Shown here: in pieces, positions 25,701-37,700 of the stretch | How positions within the stretch are numbered: the stretch's first letter is position 1 | How the letters are laid out: each line of letters opens with the position of its first letter | Assembly (NCBI GenBank): GCA_020137815.1 | Contig: CM035361.1 | Span: forward strand, 4,774,001-4,838,000 | Reading direction: 5' to 3' | Source of the DNA: Hormiphora californensis | Taxonomy: Eukaryota; Animalia; Ctenophora | Length of the DNA: 64,000 bases | The notes under the pieces: model-generated | What the model was told of the DNA's origin: nothing | Databases searched by the model: none | Seen by the model: the letters and a program-made list of their open reading frames with translations, nothing else | Made by a program: the position numbers and the translations under genes

Positions 25701-26330
25701 CATCTCTGTCGGGAGAGAGCATCAAGAGGGTACAGGACTTCAAGTATCTTGGTAGTTGGATCGCCGACTCCACCCGGGACATTAACACCAGAAAGGCTAA
25801 AGCATGGGTGGCATGTCATAAACTCAAGAAGATCTGGAACTCGAGTCTTAAAGATGAGCTAAAGGTCCGATTGTTTGTGGCATGTGTAGAATCTGTTCTG
25901 CTGTACGGCTGTGAGACTTGGACGCTTACTAGGGATCAAGAGCGTAGTCTAAACGGCACCTACACTCGAATGCTCAGGATGGCACTGAATAAAAACCAGT
26001 ATCTCCTGAGGATGACCAACTGCGAGCTGTATGGTGACCTACCGATTCTCAGCACCAAAATAGCGGAGAGACGCCTGAGACATGCTGGCCACGCGTTTAG
26101 ACACCCAGAGCTAACACTTCACTCAGTATTGTTATGGGAACCCTCCCACGGTAAAACGAAAAGAGGGAGACCAAACCTTACATTCGTGGACACCATACGA
26201 AGAGATACTGGAGTGAAGAGCGTAGCAGAGATATCTTCAATGATGGCTGGCCGAGATCCTTGGCGAAAACTGACCTACAGCGTTCGAGAATACCACTCGC
26301 CTTAAGTCAAGTCAAGTAAGTCAAGTCAGA
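22786..26330 (+). mobile_element. RTE-clade LINE, apparently full length
   Basis: Single APE+RT ORF; 3' end is short tandem TAAGTCAAGTCAAGTAAGTCAAGTC. The 5' boundary is approximate and inferred from interruption of a repeat seen intact at 27201-27460. Confidence 0.85.
23300..26305 (+). CDS. RTE ORF: AP endonuclease + reverse transcriptase
   Basis: Motifs TLNCRTL, QEHR, YSPT, GDFNAK, DYIL, SDH; NYRGIAL, QNGFR, FIDFCKAFD, GVLQGDTLAP, FADD, FKYLG; C-terminal RRLRHAGH...RGRP. True start probably the Met at ~23354. Confidence 0.92.
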   Translation: MSCLWSHARRRKCSERKTMMESFYKDISQTFIGTLNCRTLRTVERQEELAYKFCNSKLGVLAIQEHRIVHAPGEVIRITPAGSDCILLTSTAERNQRGASVGGVGIAMRAAAWKLITEKEVVSPRILKVTFAGNPRFTVVSVYSPTEGYSRDEVEKFHHDLRDCINTIPAHNLVVVAGDFNAKLGWSDSPSGWYYHKSTSPNGLCLKETLREANMEVANVRFQKRKCRLWTHLSDGTLSKSTKDYILVRRKWRNSIKDADVSEIFSSLGSDHRAVTVKLKLTLRKRKTPPGRTSYCYEELKSSPELQERFSVEVHNRFAVLDSAIENREDATERYGCLVEAVGQTSKALLGKKRKRIRDVVADDFRVKRARENVETASQQYHSAPSEETLDRIGTAKKDLQNAYENVHSEILENKISKVEVATKHAKTRESWRLINEISGRHQREQSQIEGDSADDRVEIWYNHFKTLLGTQVESTDGDLEIPEIHPPGPIEVGPFTRDELKSAKSRLKEAKAFGDDSIPPEVLKRCDVDDIVLEFCNGALNGEGVPDQWRISNLIPVPKKGDLSKPGNYRGIALTSIVAKTLNRMILHRIRPHVETLLSDNQNGFREGRSTTNHVLTLRRILEGARAKNLPVAMVFIDFCKAFDSINRKSLMKILRAYGIPARIVDLISWLYTNTRAKVITADGESALFEIVAGVLQGDTLAPYLFIIALDYCISTALSRHPEIGFTIQPARGTRSRPIEAQRVSDTEFADDLALLADSTEQLGTLLKEVETVCGQIGLRCNLGKTEFLTEGIDNPGQLTSLSGESIKRVQDFKYLGSWIADSTRDINTRKAKAWVACHKLKKIWNSSLKDELKVRLFVACVESVLLYGCETWTLTRDQERSLNGTYTRMLRMALNKNQYLLRMTNCELYGDLPILSTKIAERRLRHAGHAFRHPELTLHSVLLWEPSHGKTKRGRPNLTFVDTIRRDTGVKSVAEISSMMAGRDPWRKLTYSVREYHSP

Positions 26331-26413
26331 ATGTAGCTAGTGAGTGAGAGAGAGCAAGATAGTAGGGCGTGCACAGACTGTCCATGCGTGATCATGTCCA
26401 TTATTTTGAGTAA

Positions 26414-27046
26414 GGGCGGAGTCACAGTTCACACCAAGATCTTCGAAAGAATTGTTTCGACGCACCAAACTCAATCACACTGAAAAGTATGGTTGGTTCT
26501 TCACAGTAGGCGTTCAGTTGTTGTGAACGCCTGCTGTGTGCGGCGCATTGGCACGTGCATCTTGGGCGCTGGCAGGCTTCTATATGTTACAACATGTGAA
26601 AGCCTGCCAGCGCCCAAGATGCACGTGCCAATGCGCCGCGCACAGCAGGCGTTCACAACAACTGAACGCCTGCTGTGAAGAACCAACCATAATTTTCAGT
26701 GTTAGGGTCACCACACACCAAAGTTAAAATTAAAATTAAAATTTTGATTTTAAACCCGCACACACCAGCGGCTGTTAAAATTTCTCTCCCCATTCTAAAA
26801 GTAACGATCTCACGCACGATTTTGACGGTCGCGTTGGATGACAAAATTTTAACACGCCGTTAAAATCGTGCGCGAGATTGTTACTTTTAGAATGGGGGAG
26901 AGAAATTTTAACGGTCGCTGGTGTGTGCGATTTTTAAAATCAAAATTTTAATTTTAATTTTAACTTTGGTGTGTGGTGACCCTGATTGAGTTTGGTGCGT
27001 ACTGCGTCGAAACAATTCTTTCGAAGATCTTGGTGTGATTCCACCC
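26414..27046. mobile_element. PIF-like palindromic MITE with a nested GGGTCACC MITE (26705-26982)
   Basis: GGGCGGAGTCAC...GTGATTCCACCC arms; the inner element splits CAGTG-TGA-TTGAG with a TTA/TGA TSD. Confidence 0.75.
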
Positions 27047-28338
27047 TCACCAGCGTATCAACATTAGTCGGGTTCAGTGGTTTTCGATATGTTATGAATT
27101 AGTTTCAGTTTTTACTCTCCAAGCTTGGTCAAATGACCAATTTTTGTCAGTCTGTGCGACTTGGTCAAAATCTTGCCCATGCCCATAATGTGGACATAAT
27201 TTAATGGACATGATCACGCATGGACAGTCTGTGTGCGCCCCAACGCGCGGCGCTCTGGCACGTGCGAGTTGGGTGCTGGCAGGCTATTACATGTTGCAAC
27301 ATGTAAAATCCTGTCAGCGCCCACCTCGCACGTGCCAGAGCGCCGCGCGAGATAATCTCTCTCTCAAGGGGGAGAGATCTCTCACTTTCTCTCCCCAATT
27401 CTTTCCCCTGTTGCTCACTCAGGATAAGAGTTTTGAGAGAACACACAGCACTGTCGCTTAAAAGAGTTATGCTGTCTGTTTTCTCGATTGTCGTTAACTG
27501 CAGTAAGAGTTGTATGATTTGCCTCTATGCAAATAAAGAGAGTGGGTTGGCAACAGCCTGTACTTGAGAACTCGATCTCTTCTTTCTAAAGAGCCCAGGA
27601 TTTTCGAAATTGGTCGAGAAATGGCCAAGTCATGGGGTAAAACGTCTCAAAATCGTGCCAAAAAGGTGATTTTCGACTGACAAAGCCGCTGTTTCAACGG
27701 AGTGAATTTATAGAGGACTCCAACGGGTTTTCTAGTAACTTATAAGATTAAAGAGCAGGTTATAAGCCCCCCCCCCCCTTGAATATATTCTTAATCTTTC
27801 TTACTTTCTCTTTCGGTAGCTGCAACAATTTTCACTTTCATTTTCATTTTCAGCCGCTCAACCTTTCACTTTCACTTTCAGTTTCACTATGATAGAAGCC
27901 GTTGGGACGAATGGCAGGGTGTTAAGCCACCTGCTGCTGGCATGGTAGAGAATTTGAGAGACCCCATGAGGGCGAAATAGGGAGAGAGAGAAAGAAAGTG
28001 GGGGGAGAGAGAAACGGTCCTGTTTCTTTCGTTTTCAGCTCAAGGATCATTAGGGTAGCCACTGGCTATTTGAAACAGCTGCTAACTTGAAACAGTGTCT
28101 GACAATCTGAAACACGCGCCCTGGCTATTTGAAACGGGTTCCCCGATCATGTGTTTGAGATTTTACATCACGCGTATTCTGCTCTCTGATTGGGTGATAT
28201 AACGTGTGACGTGTGCTGAATGCTGATGCAGCAGAGGGAGAGATGTATCTTACACACACTGCAGTGTGTGAAGGGTGTTCGTGGTTATCCAGGTATGTAG
28301 GGGAAGATTTTACTTATGAGGGGCGAAATTTTGACCTA

Positions 28339-29262
28339 TTAGGTTGTTCCATAAATATTGTCCTTCGGTGGTTTTTTCAAGAAACTGATGATTTGAAAGA
28401 AAATAAACGGTTCTACGGTATTCCTAGCATCCTTGGCTCCAGTCATATAGGTTGGGGACGTCTCAAGGTAGTATAGTTCAGGAGTTATGGGCCAATCTTT
28501 ACACGTATGTCTTACTACGATCTTCAAAATTTCGATCATGAAATTTTTCCTTCTCATTAAATCGAATCCTGTGCTAAAATAAGGATATGGACTGCTCATT
28601 TTACCCGCTGGAGACTTAGGGGGCATCCTCTGGGAGCTCCAGGGACCTTTAACTTTTGAATAGAACCCTTCGTTTTAGGGCTATCACTCCTTAAACAGAG
28701 TTTACTCAAAACGCCAGCTGCAGACGTTTTTGACAGAAAACAATGACCGTGAGAAAAAGCCAATGAAGGACAGTCTTGAAATCGGCCTAATAACACTAGA
28801 ATAGACCTTTCTCTACCACGTAGGACCATCAATCGCATTCAGGTAGCCCATCTGGGTCCAAGAAACATGATTTTGCGAGGTAGCCACTTTTTGCGCTGAA
28901 AATCAATGTTAATTTGTCGATTTGGCGTCCACATAAGTTGTCATAGGGATGTCTGAGCATCATTCTGATGCCTGTAACTCACCACACTACTTCATAAGGG
29001 ATCAGAGATGACTCTCCTGAGGTTAGATGGTTCCGAGATGGTTTTGGGCAGGTACAAAATGGGCCAAAGTAAGTTTTAAGATCGTTACAAGACTGGCCTA
29101 TCAAATTCACCTATAGCTACCCTTCTGTATGGGCACGTAGAATCCCTGACCTATAGGAATGGTGCCAAGGATGTCAGAAATACCGTAGGACCGTTTGTTT
29201 TCTTTCAAATGATCAGTTTTTTGAAAAAACCACCGAAGGACAATATTTATGGAACAACCTAA
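28339..29262. mobile_element. mariner-like non-autonomous element
   Basis: TA|TTAGGTTGTTCCATAAATATTGTCC...GGACAATATTTATGGAACAACCTAA|TA. Confidence 0.8.
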
Positions 29263-31086
29263 TATGTGTAATGTCACGTGACCGATCACGTGACAAATGA
29301 ATGGATTCCGTGGTTAATCATTCGGGCGGAGCGCAAGCGGAGTCCGGAAAATTTTCGAGATTTTCGAGGTAAAAGTCGCAAATTTTCACTATTTTGGGGA
29401 CAAAATTTAGCTGCTCCAAACCATGATGAAACCATCTTGGGTAAAAGGAGTCCCTAATCTTCGTTCATGACTTACAACCGACCTGAGCTGGAGCTGGTTC
29501 TAGTGTTGGGTAACCGAATTCCGAAATCAAAAGTGAACGATTTGCATCAGACTACATAGCAGACTTTGTACAATGCACACTGTGCATTGCACAGTGATAA
29601 ACTAGGCGGAGGCCTTCTTGATTGGCTTTGAATTTCGAAAGTTGTACATTGAGACGACAGATAACCCATTTCAGTGGGATCTACATATAAGAGATAGAGA
29701 CGTCTACCTTAACCTAGTTATAAAAATTAAGTACATAGGAGAGGTACCGTCGTGATAAAAGGAAGATTTTGTAATGAAATGCTCCAGTGCTCAACGCATT
29801 CCCAGTTTTAAAGTAATGTGGTTTTAAAGTAATGGGGTTTACCTGGATATATCAGGCCATCATTTAACCCCGTTTTTCTCCAAGAACGTCTGAACAAAAT
29901 ATATTTTACAATATCCACTTGGTCAGGCCAACTACTCATCTCACCATTCTAATTCCTATCTTTCCAGTCAGTTCTGAGATCTCTGAGAGGTTCATTATAA
30001 AGAAGAATTGTGAGTGGGATCCCAAGGCCAGGGAAATTTGGTGACATAGACACCTGGCGGGGGTCGCGCCAGATGTCTATGTCACCAAATGGGAAATAGC
30101 CCTGCCTATCCCATGTTCTGAGGATTTCCTCTATAATAGAACATGGGATAGGCATGGCTATTTCCCTTGGGATCCCACTCTCTATACTACCAGAATGACC
30201 GATTGACCGACAGACAATTTCCTAAAACTCTTATCAGGGATGCAATGTGATCCGAGCAACTTTGCATTTGTGAACTTTCCAAAACGTGAACCCCGGTTGG
30301 ACACGTAATTTTGACTTTAAGACGATATATATATGACGATTGGTAGGACTTGGATAACGTCGCGTCAATCTTGCAACCAAAATGTTCGCCTGACAATTCT
30401 CTAGAACAATGGTTTTTGTTAGAACCATTTTGACCTATTTTTCGATGAGTTTTGATTATCAGTGCTGCTTGCAGTCAAAATACGGTAACGCAAAATACAG
30501 TAAGGAGACGCGCACGGTGCATAACACGCGGCAAAAAGTTCATGTGTCAGCACGTACTAGCGCCCTGATTGGTCACGGTTGCGCGTCGTCTTACTGTATC
30601 TTCGTTTTCCATTACCGTTTTCCCACTACAAGCGACCGTGTAATTCAATGGAGCCCGGTCATGACACAAAATCGCAGGTCACGCAAAGACAGTGGGACAC
30701 CCTGTACAACTACAATGGTTTGATTTTAAGATGAAGAAAACTTCCATAACACTCGAGTTTTGAGTTCAATACGGCTGTTTACTGAGCTGAATCACTGAAT
30801 CAGCTTTCCTTCAGCTAGTAGCCGTCGCCCGTCGTAATGAATTCCAGTTTAGTACGGCTAATGGCTATTTTTCGCTTTCGGAAAAAAAAGTTGTTAGACA
30901 TTATTATATTTCGAGTTTCGTCCCAAATTATCGATTTCGACTGTACGTGTCACATACCCTGAACACTGACCAGTGACCACTCTACAGCTTAACAGCAGGT
31001 GACCTTTCGGTGGTATTGTTTATTTGTATTTTGTAACGATGGTAACCTCCTCGAATGAATGAATGAATCACATCTTAACAGCCACG

Positions 31087-31090
<4 letters not shown>

Positions 31091-31158
<68 letters not shown>

Positions 31159-31189
31159 GAGAGAGAGGGAGAGAGAGAGAGAGAGAGAG

Positions 31190-31268
<79 letters not shown>
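31091..31268. repeat. (GA)n microsatellite upstream of Ly6 copy B (counterpart at ~9694-9751)
   Basis: Read directly; flanks are shared with copy A. Confidence 0.9.
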
Positions 31269-31270
<2 letters not shown>

Positions 31271-31777
31271 CAGGGTGCCACCTGGTACTGGTGCATATGT
31301 GCATATGTGGGTAGGCGAGTGATCAGAGAGTGACATCGGATACCCTTGACTGTACATACCGTTGTAATGGCACGAACGTTCCAGAAAGAAATTCCAGATA
31401 GAAATTCCAAATAGAAATGTTTATGACGCCGTGTTATAATATTACCGCGTGAGAAACGTGGCGTCGTGGCCATGGAGCTCATTGGACTGAAAGATCATAC
31501 AATTCAGTTCACTTCAGTTCTACAAGCTCAGACACTATTTGGCTAGTTCAGCACGATCTTTTAGTTTGGACAACTGCAATGTTAGAACACGCTTAATTAA
31601 TTTGACTGGTTACAGAATATTTCTCGAATTCAGTTTTAATGTGGCCTTTAGATCCGATTTTCAAATTTGATTTTTTGACGTAACTATTTTTATACCTCTG
31701 TCAGGCCATTGCTTTGACAGTTATACCTAATAAAACTTTTCTCACACAGCCTTTCAGCTGATTTCTGAAATCAAGTA

Positions 31778-34700
31778 ATGGCTAACTTTTTGGCCCTGGC
31801 TATCGGACTCATGTCTGTTATGGTTGCTACTCAAGGTCTCTCCTGCTACGAATGTTACGAAGCCTATGCAGTAGGGGAGACTTGGCCATAACGGTATACC
31901 ATCCTTTTTCCCCATATATCTCCATTTCTACTGGCTCTTCCCCCTTCATTTTTATTTGGTTGTATTTTTCATTGTTAGATTTATCATTTCCCTGAAATAT
32001 ATCTTCCTACCTACACCCAAAGATGAGCAACGGTACTATCCCATTTGGTATAAAATTTATGCAGTGGCTAAAAATTTTGGCGAAACGGGACACACCTTTT
32101 TCGGTCAAACGGGATATCCCATTTAACCGAAGTTACGTGTCCCATTTTGCCAAAACCACTTTAGTTTGGGAAGAACTTTAATTATATGCCAAGCACGGGG
32201 TTATTAATTGGAAGTAAGTATAGAAATATTGTTTAAACATAAATTATTTGTGTTATGCACAAATGACGTTTTGTTTCCCGGCCGAAAATGGACGTATTAT
32301 TGATGTCTATGCTTCAAAACTTGGTTTTTTGATGAATTTGTGCCATCAAACATTTTTCGGCTGATGCAATGTAACTTGCCATGGTTTCCTAGGTGGTTGC
32401 TATGGTAACAAAACGATCCCAAGCAGTTGCTATGGTAATCAATAAAGATACTTAGATCTTAGGTCAAACGGGATAGCAAACTTTGGTAAAATAGGATATC
32501 CCATTTTAGCAAATTTGGCCCAAATTTGGTAAAATGGGATATCCCATTTTGGACAAGGTGTAAATGTCCCATATAACCCAAACTGACCAACTTAACTATA
32601 TCAACTATTTAACAAACACTGTAATTTGAGAAAGGTTAAAAATATATAAGGGTGCAAGAAAATTATACTGGCTAATATTTCCGCCCAAAAACTGGCAACA
32701 ATCTACCAAGAGAGCTGTGTAATCGAGCTTAACACAAGATCAAAATTTCGACTTAGATAATTCTGTGGGAAACCACTTACACACGACACCATCTAATTGT
32801 CAGAAAATGATAATAATCAATGGAAAATCCTAACATGTATGCTTGTTTTCACGTTCGCGATTACCGTGCCTAACGTTGTGTTAAATTACTAGAGCAGGAA
32901 TAAGGCTAGGGAGATGGGAGTTGAGATGAGGAGTTGAGATGAGTCTTTTGTTACATATTATACATTTATTTGATTTGTTTTCTATGAAATATGAATTCAG
33001 AATTGACATACTCCTTCTGGAGTAAGACTATAAGAGGTGGTTGCAGGCAGGAGCTTGGAACGTGAGCACGTTGCGAGCCCTTATCGGCACTAGGCCGGGT
33101 TCGGGGCTGGCGTACCCTTGATTGCCTGCCTCAATTACCAATCTATAGTCTAACATATATGGTTGTTACCCAGGATGCGTCTCTAAATTGGTTTTCACTC
33201 GCTGTAGTAACACGCACACGCTCATGGCATTATGACACGTTGCACACGGCGATTCATCACCATCGAGGCATTTTGGGGCAGATCTCGGATGATTTGCTCC
33301 GTAAGTGTGTTGAACACGCACGGTCATACTCATGCGTGGCTTGGTACATTGATCGTGCACGAGGCTTTTTTACAGTCCGGGTCTCGGTTCCACGCACTTA
33401 CAAGTAATATCCTACTGACCCGTATGGCAGACTTCAGAAAGTCCGTGTGCCCTGACACCGCCAATCAGCAAGGATTCGCTAAGGGTGCCCAGACCAGTGA
33501 TCATGTCCTAACCCTTAAAACCATTCTGGACAAGTATCTACACATAAAGAAGCGAAGGGTCATCGCCTGCTTTATTGACTATCGTAAAGCATTCGATACG
33601 GTATGCAGATCGGCTCTCCTGAAAAAGCTGGGCTCAATGGGCATATGTGGCAGCTTCTTCAACTGCATTTCCAACATGTACGAAAACTCATCTACTGCGA
33701 TCAAACTCTCGGGAATGCTATCCGAATCGTTCTTTGTACGTATCGGTAGCGACAGGGGCACCCATTAAGCCCCGAGTTCTTTAAGATGTTCGTTTGATGA
33801 GATGTCAAAGATGCTTAACAATACTAATGGATCCTTCCCTATGCTAGGCGGAGTCAACATCACCCATCTATTATGGGCCGACGATATTGTGTTACTGCAT
33901 TAGACAGGAGTTACCATGCTGAATCTCATTAGTGTAGTCGGTGAATATGCGACCAAATGGGAGCTCGAAGTAAACACTAGCAAAACCAAGATCCTAGTGT
34001 TCAACTCATCGGGGAGGATCTCTAAGGAAGCTAAAGGCTACTATCTACTCGGAAAAGACTGGAAGCGGTGAAAGAATACACTTCCTGGGAATAACTTTCG
34101 TGGCCTCTGGTTCGTTGAAAACCGCCATGAAAAACCTATCACTGAAAGCCCAAGAGATATTCAATACTGAGGAGGACTGTTGACGTTAATGCCCTATCAG
34201 CCTGGACAGTTTTCAAGCTGTATGATGCTCTCATTGAGCCCATTCTGACCTACGGCTCACCGGTATGGCTTCCATCACTGAGGTGGCCAAGCTCTGGACC
34301 AGTCAACTAGCTGTGATACTTTTTTCAAGCGTCTAACCTCTGATACATCTGAGAAAGTGCACCTGAGATTCATTAAGTGGGCGCTTGGTGTCCATAAAAA
34401 AGCCACTATAACTGCTTGCTACGGAGACTCGGGCAGAGCTCCTACATTTATATCTGCGATCAACCGTGGTCTTTCTTACTTTGACCGAGTAATGTCAAAA
34501 GAAGCAGATGGTTCAATCCTAGGCCTGGCCGGGGAAGAACAGAGGTCTCTGAATCTAAATTGGTACTCCTTCTGGAAAACATCCGCAACAATTTCACTAG
34601 AAATGACCTCGAGAGATTCATGATTAACCACTGGGATCACTTGAGGCGGAACCTTCTAAACTGAGCTATTACAACTCTGTGAAGTCAACGTACGGCTACG

Positions 34701-37700
34701 AGGAATATCTTAACCTGAGACGTGTAAACAGATGTGAATTAGCAAACTCCGGCTAAGTGCACACGACCTAAGGGTGGAGACTTCCAGATACTCAAACCAC
34801 CAAACACCAATACTATGTCGCTTCTGTTGTGATGGACAAGCAAAACAGCTGCTCGATCAATTGCCACTTGCGGAACCACTCATCGAAAATGAACAGCATG
34901 TCCTAAAAGAGTGCCCCACATACGAAGAAATGCGGCAAACTCTCCCAGACCACCTGCTCTCGGCCATCGCAATCGGGAAGCAGCAAAACATTTACACCGA
35001 AAGGAATGGAAATGGCCGCTGAACAGGTTTCCCTCAAAGCGTCCACAGTACCATATTACGAGTCAATTATTATGGAATCATGAAACACAACTTTTATATT
35101 ATATCAGTAATCATTCAACTATTCTGGTTAGGGCGTGGTGTGGGTTCATCGATATACTAACCCAGCGTCTGCCTGAGTAAGACCGAGTGGTGCTGCCGTT
35201 TGTGTGTCCCTCGTCGCAAATCATACGTTTCGCAGGAGGACAGTGGGCAGGCGGGAGCAGTGCTGATCTGGCAGTCGCTGGCGCCATCTGTGGTTTTTTT
35301 GTTCCCCCTACTGTGCAGGATGGCACAGCCAATGATGTTTTGGCTCTTTTCCTGTTGGTTTTATTCTATTCTATTCTATTCTACGTACAGCCCAAGATCC
35401 CATTTGGGCACACGGCCCATATTGGCCAAGTGTCTCCCCTACGGGGGGGAGTAAGATATATCCATTTGTTCTATCAATCTTTCTTTTGTCCTTTCTTTCT
35501 CTATTCTATCTTTCTTTCTCTATACCGAATCGAGACATCCTTAGCGAGTTTGACATTTGTGGGCATTAGCGTCGACAATGACATCAGGGGTAAAATCGCA
35601 GTTTTGCCTACATCGTACCGTAGGCGAAACTGTGGTTTACCCCCCCCCCCCTGGTGTTGGCGCTAATCCCTATACAAGCAGTTTTGCCTACCCTGATCCA
35701 CCTCCAAATTAGGTGTTTTAGGGGGGAGACACACTGAGGTTGGTCGCGCGCGTTCAACTCTCAACCTCGCGACACACACTGAAGTTCGAAGTTTGAAGTT
35801 TCGCGGAAAAGTTCAAAGTTTCGCGAAAACCCATTTTCGACTGGGAAATTATTTGTAAGATGCTAGTTTATTTACTGGTACATCTCTCGAGGTGTCCTTT
35901 ATCAATACCGGGTCAATTTCACCGTTTTTAAAATTTTTGGTGAATTGGGACAACTGTGACCGGATTAGCCAAAAATTTCAAAAACGGTGAAATTGACTCA
36001 GTTTGGATAAAGGAAACCTCGAGAGATGTACCAGTAAATAAGTTAGCTTCTTACAAATGATTTCTCAGCCGAAAAATGGGGTTTCGCGAAACTTCGAACT
36101 TCGAACTTCAATGTGTCTCGCGAGGTTGAGATTTGAACGAGCGCGCTCAACTTCAGTGTGTCTCCCCCCTTATGGTGTAGGCATTATTGCCCGTAGGCGT
36201 TATTGCATTATACCAAACAATTGGCTTGCCTCTAGCGAGTTCTAGTTTTGGTTAGAAGTTAGCATACAATATCACAATTTCTCCGCAGAACAAGGAGAAT
36301 GATGATGACTTCGTGGACTGCAAAGACAATACTGCTGTAACCTGTGATGGTACAGAGAAATGCGTCAGTGGACACTATACAGCCTCATATGAACTGGTTG
36401 TGGGAGATCTTAAAGTGGAGGTAAATTCAAACCAATACAATTTCACGGTATATCGATTATCGATACCGTGATATAATACCATGATACACTTGATCATGAT
36501 ATACAGTAATGGGCGTGAAAATATCCCCCCTAGACTAGCATGGTTCCAGATATCGTAGAGCGCAAAAATTTGGCACAGTCTTAGGGTCACATACGGCAAA
36601 ATTAAAATAAAACTTTTAATTTAAACCCAGACACAAAACAAGTTTACATTTTTTCCGGAAAATCCAGTTTTGAAATCCAGTTTTGAAACTTATTCATCAA
36701 TTTTAAATCTGCATTTGTGGCAGGGAAACACCGCATTATGAATACAATAATGCAATAATTCTTGTTCTACCAAGAAATTTTGATATTTTTGAAATCTGCA
36801 AACTAGGACAACCGTAACTTGATTTTTTCCCCGCCCGGGTGAAGGCCGAAGGCCTTCGCCCGGATGCCTTTTGCAAAAAGGCATAGGGGTTTAGAAATCT
36901 AAACGGATATAGTGACTTTGTGTAGCAAGTCAGCTCTCTTGTCCCGTTTCAGGTTGCGAGGGGCAACATGTAGCAACTAGAGCCGCGCACACAACAACAA
37001 CCTGCTCCTTCATAAACCACTTCATTGACACGTTTTCAGGAATTGTGTGCCGCGCAATTTCGCAATGTGGCGCGCAATTTAGTGCTACTAAAACACAAGG
37101 ATTTGTTCTATACTGTTTGCTTGAATTATAAATGATCCGAAATGTCTGTCCCGCCTTCGTGTTAGAAATGAAAGGTTGGCGGGGAAACATAGCATTATAA
37201 AACATAATGCATTTATTCTTGTTTCCTTTTTTATATTTTGGCATTTTTGACAAACTTCTGATTGAAATGGCCGGTCGGGACCATGCTTAATTTAAGTTGT
37301 TTATGGGACAATTTTCGACTAAAATCCAAGACTTCATACCAATCCAATAACAGATCGTTGATTTATAGAAATTTAAGTAGGCAAAAGGGTCAAAATATCA
37401 AATTTTCTTGCTTATTTTGACCGTTTTGCCTACTTAAATTTTCTATAAATCATTATTGGATTGGTATGAAATCTTGGATTTTAGTCGAAAATTGTCCCAT
37501 AAACAACTTAAGCATGGTCCCGACCGGCCATTTCAATCAGAAGTTTGTCAAAAATGCCAAAATATAAAAAGGAAAAAATCAAGTTACGGTTGTCCTAGTT
37601 TGCAGATTTCAACAATTTGCCCAAATCTAACCATAAATCGGATATACACAAAAATTTGGTTCTTGGTAGAAATATGACCATTTTAACGATTGGCACTAGT

